Source: Opitutales bacterium (GTDB lineage: Bacteria > Verrucomicrobiota > Verrucomicrobiia > Opitutales > UBA2987). From it: a DNA stretch of 64,000 nucleotides. This document shows, in pieces, positions 61,496 through 64,000 of the stretch (positions within the stretch are counted from its first letter, which is position 1; each line of letters begins with the position of its first letter). The position numbers and the translations under genes were made by a program. Below the pieces are notes generated by a model. That model worked only from the letters and a program-made list of their open reading frames with translations, was not told the origin of the DNA and searched no databases. The stretch is taken from contig CBDDEL010000015.1 in assembly GCA_965226885.1 (NCBI GenBank), forward strand, positions 224,001 to 288,000, in the 5' to 3' direction.

Positions 61496-63259
61496 ATGTC
61501 GCCGGTTGATTGGATAATTGTTGGACTTTATCTCCTGTCGGCCCTCGGTATCGGCCTATACTTTACCAGGAAAGCCAGCGGCAATACGGCCGACTTTTTT
61601 ATCGCCGGCCGATCCCTCCCATGGTACATCGCGGGAACTTCCATGGTGGCGACGACATTTTCCTCGGACACACCGCTGTTCGTAGCCGGAATGACGCGCG
61701 ATGAGGGGATTTATGCCAATTGGTTCTGGTGGGGCTCGGCCATAGGGATGATGGCCTCCGTTTTTTTCTTCGCCCGTTTGTGGAGAAGGACCAACGCCAT
61801 TACGGAGATTGAGTTCATATCGCTCAGGTACGAACCTTCAACTGCGACTTCCGTCCTGAGAGTTTTCAAAGCCATATTCGACGGCGTATTCAAGAACTGC
61901 GTTGTTATGGCATCGGTAACCCTGGCCATGTCGAAGGTGATCGACATCATACTCGATCTACCGACTGAAGCCTTGTTTAATCTGCCTCTTTTCGGACCCG
62001 TGACTCCTTCCACCTTGGCGCTGCTTTTGTTGGGACTGACGGCAGTTCTCTACACAACTTTGTCAGGGCTTTACGGGGTGGTTTATACCGACCTTATTCA
62101 ATTCGCTCTGGCCATGATAGGTTCCATAGCACTGGCCGTTATTGTGTATAGGGACGTATCGACCGTAAATGGCGGCTGGGCTTCCGGATTCCAAGGTATG
62201 CCTGGTTTAAAAAACGATACCTTTCATTTTTTTCCCGATTTTGCCGAATTCGACTGGAAGGTATTCACCTTTCTGGTCGTAATTTCCCTGCAATGGTGGA
62301 GTGCCGCTCCCGGATTCGGCTATTTTGTGCAGCGCATGCTGGCTACGCGTTCGGAGCGCGATGCGATGCTCTCGGTGTTCTGGTTTTCCATTTGCAATTA
62401 CATAATTCGCAGTTGGCCCTGGCTGATTGTCGGGCTGGCCTCAATAATTTATTTCCCCGATCTGGCCGATGCGGAAACGGCCTACCCGAGAATGATCGAT
62501 CAATTCCTGCCCGTCGGTTTGAAAGGCATCATGGTGGCGTCTCTGCTGGCCGCATTCATGAGCACTCTGGATACACACATGAATTGGGGTTCTTCCTACT
62601 TGATTAACGATATTTACCAGCCCTTTATCGCTCCCGGACGCGACCCCCAACATTACGTAAAAGCCTCACGGGTGTGCATGGTCGCCTTAGCCGCAACGGC
62701 TCTTGTCGTAATGACGAAGTTAACCGGGATTTTCGCCGCCTATAAATATATAGCCGTTATTCTCAGCGGGATTTCCCTGCTTCTCATTGTGCGCTGGTAT
62801 TGGTGGAAAGTGAATACCTGGTCTGAAATCTCCGCCATGGCCACGGCGCTGATTGTGGGCAACGTTCTTACTTTCCTTATACCCAACCAGAATGGAGAGG
62901 ATCTATTTGCCCTCCGGCTAGTCATAAACTTAGTCGTCACTTCGGCAACCTGGATAACCGTTACTTTCTTGACTTCCAAAGAGCCCACCGGGCAGTGCAA
63001 GGAATTTTACCGAAAAACCCGCGTCAACGGAATTGGCTGGAAGCGGATAGCGGAGGAGACAGGTGTAAAGCCCTACCCTGACGGTCTTAAAAACGCCTTT
63101 ATCGGTTGGGTCGCCAGTGTGATATTTATCTACTCGCTAATGCTGGGGCTGGGTTACCTATTGTTTTCCCAATGGTCTTTGGCTTTACTGTGCGGATTTC
63201 TGGTTATCGTTTCGGGCGCAATTGTCCGGAAATCTCTCGGAAAATTTCATTTCGAATAG
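61496..63259 (+). CDS. Sodium:solute symporter (SSS) family protein
   Basis: FFIAGRSLPW, SMVATTF..DTP, GVVYTD..QF and AAFMST motifs. Confidence 0.92.
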   Translation: MSPVDWIIVGLYLLSALGIGLYFTRKASGNTADFFIAGRSLPWYIAGTSMVATTFSSDTPLFVAGMTRDEGIYANWFWWGSAIGMMASVFFFARLWRRTNAITEIEFISLRYEPSTATSVLRVFKAIFDGVFKNCVVMASVTLAMSKVIDIILDLPTEALFNLPLFGPVTPSTLALLLLGLTAVLYTTLSGLYGVVYTDLIQFALAMIGSIALAVIVYRDVSTVNGGWASGFQGMPGLKNDTFHFFPDFAEFDWKVFTFLVVISLQWWSAAPGFGYFVQRMLATRSERDAMLSVFWFSICNYIIRSWPWLIVGLASIIYFPDLADAETAYPRMIDQFLPVGLKGIMVASLLAAFMSTLDTHMNWGSSYLINDIYQPFIAPGRDPQHYVKASRVCMVALAATALVVMTKLTGIFAAYKYIAVILSGISLLLIVRWYWWKVNTWSEISAMATALIVGNVLTFLIPNQNGEDLFALRLVINLVVTSATWITVTFLTSKEPTGQCKEFYRKTRVNGIGWKRIAEETGVKPYPDGLKNAFIGWVASVIFIYSLMLGLGYLLFSQWSLALLCGFLVIVSGAIVRKSLGKFHFE

Positions 63260-63523
63260 TAACAAAGGCCCACGCAGGGTGCTGGGTTCAAGTTTCAGGA
63301 ATTGACAGACAGAACACAGTAATCAGTCCGGCGGTCGAGCGATAGCAAGCGCTTTTTGGTAAATTGCCAAATCATGCCCAAAGAAAGGCAAAATATGCGA
63401 GGACAGGTTGAACTATAACACCTATACTTGAAGGGTACTATAGTATTCGGAACCAAGCCCCTTGTAACTCAAGAATAAGGGAACTCCTGTTGTCTCCATG
63501 GTTGCTATGAAAAAAGAAAAAAT

Positions 63524-64000
63524 ATGATCGGCGGAAGGAAAGTTTTCCAGTCATTTATCGGGCTTTACTCGATTATTTTTCTGCTCGTATTTATCGGGCT
63601 GGCGGTTTTCGCAGTACAGGATTACCTGAGAAAAGATGAAACACCGGCCATTGAAAGAACAGTAATTTCCTCAACAGATCAAGGCGACCAGACGCAATTA
63701 GTTGAGCAAGAGTCAGTTACGGCAATCGTTGAGGTTGCCGACGAATCTCCCACACCCGCGGCCATAGAAAATCCGGCTGCAAGGTCCAAGCGGGGGGAAT
63801 CGCTTTTCAATGCTAACTGCGCCGCCTGCCACCAATTGGGGGCCGAGGGCAAAGTCGGGTTCGCACCCAGCATCCGCAACCGGGATTTTCTTGCTTTAGC
63901 CTCTGACGATTTTATTAAAAAAACGATCAAAGGCGGCCGTCCGGGGACGGCCATGCCGCCGAGGCCGGACCTTTCCGATTACCAAATCGACGGTATTGTG
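63524..64000 (+). CDS. Membrane-anchored c-type cytochrome, truncated by window end; absent from ORF track
   Basis: MIGGRKVF + TM helix, GESLFNANCAACH heme motif, GRPGTAMP axial Met. Frame is open to 64000. Confidence 0.9.
   Translation, partial: MIGGRKVFQSFIGLYSIIFLLVFIGLAVFAVQDYLRKDETPAIERTVISSTDQGDQTQLVEQESVTAIVEVADESPTPAAIENPAARSKRGESLFNANCAACHQLGAEGKVGFAPSIRNRDFLALASDDFIKKTIKGGRPGTAMPPRPDLSDYQIDGIV

Overview
Bacterial chromosomal segment, probably Verrucomicrobiota/Opitutales-like (an inference from gene content and protein style, not a database result). It contains housekeeping genes (murA, ruvB, folE2, mtaB, an LptF/G permease, infA, tadA, sodA, dtd), two tRNAs (Val-GAC, Ala-GGC) and three toxin-antitoxin loci. 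Mobile elements are an IS1, an IS3 carrying a nested IS1380, two near-identical IS5/ISNCY-like copies that each disrupt a gene, and a decayed IS1380. The main feature is a minus-strand three-gene unit. It encodes a 4044-aa fungal-style highly reducing PKS-NRPS (KS-AT-DH-cMT-ER-KR-ACP-C-A[Gly-type]-T), then a PAPS-dependent sulfotransferase, then a lipase-maturation-factor membrane protein. The synthase ends not in a TE or SDR-type R domain but in a domain resembling cyanobacterial acyl-ACP reductase. A divergent, adaptor-less RND transporter and a near-consensus sigma54 motif lie upstream. The window also shows signs of genome erosion (IS knock-outs, single nonsense codons) and a recurring set of 17-23 bp tandem duplications.
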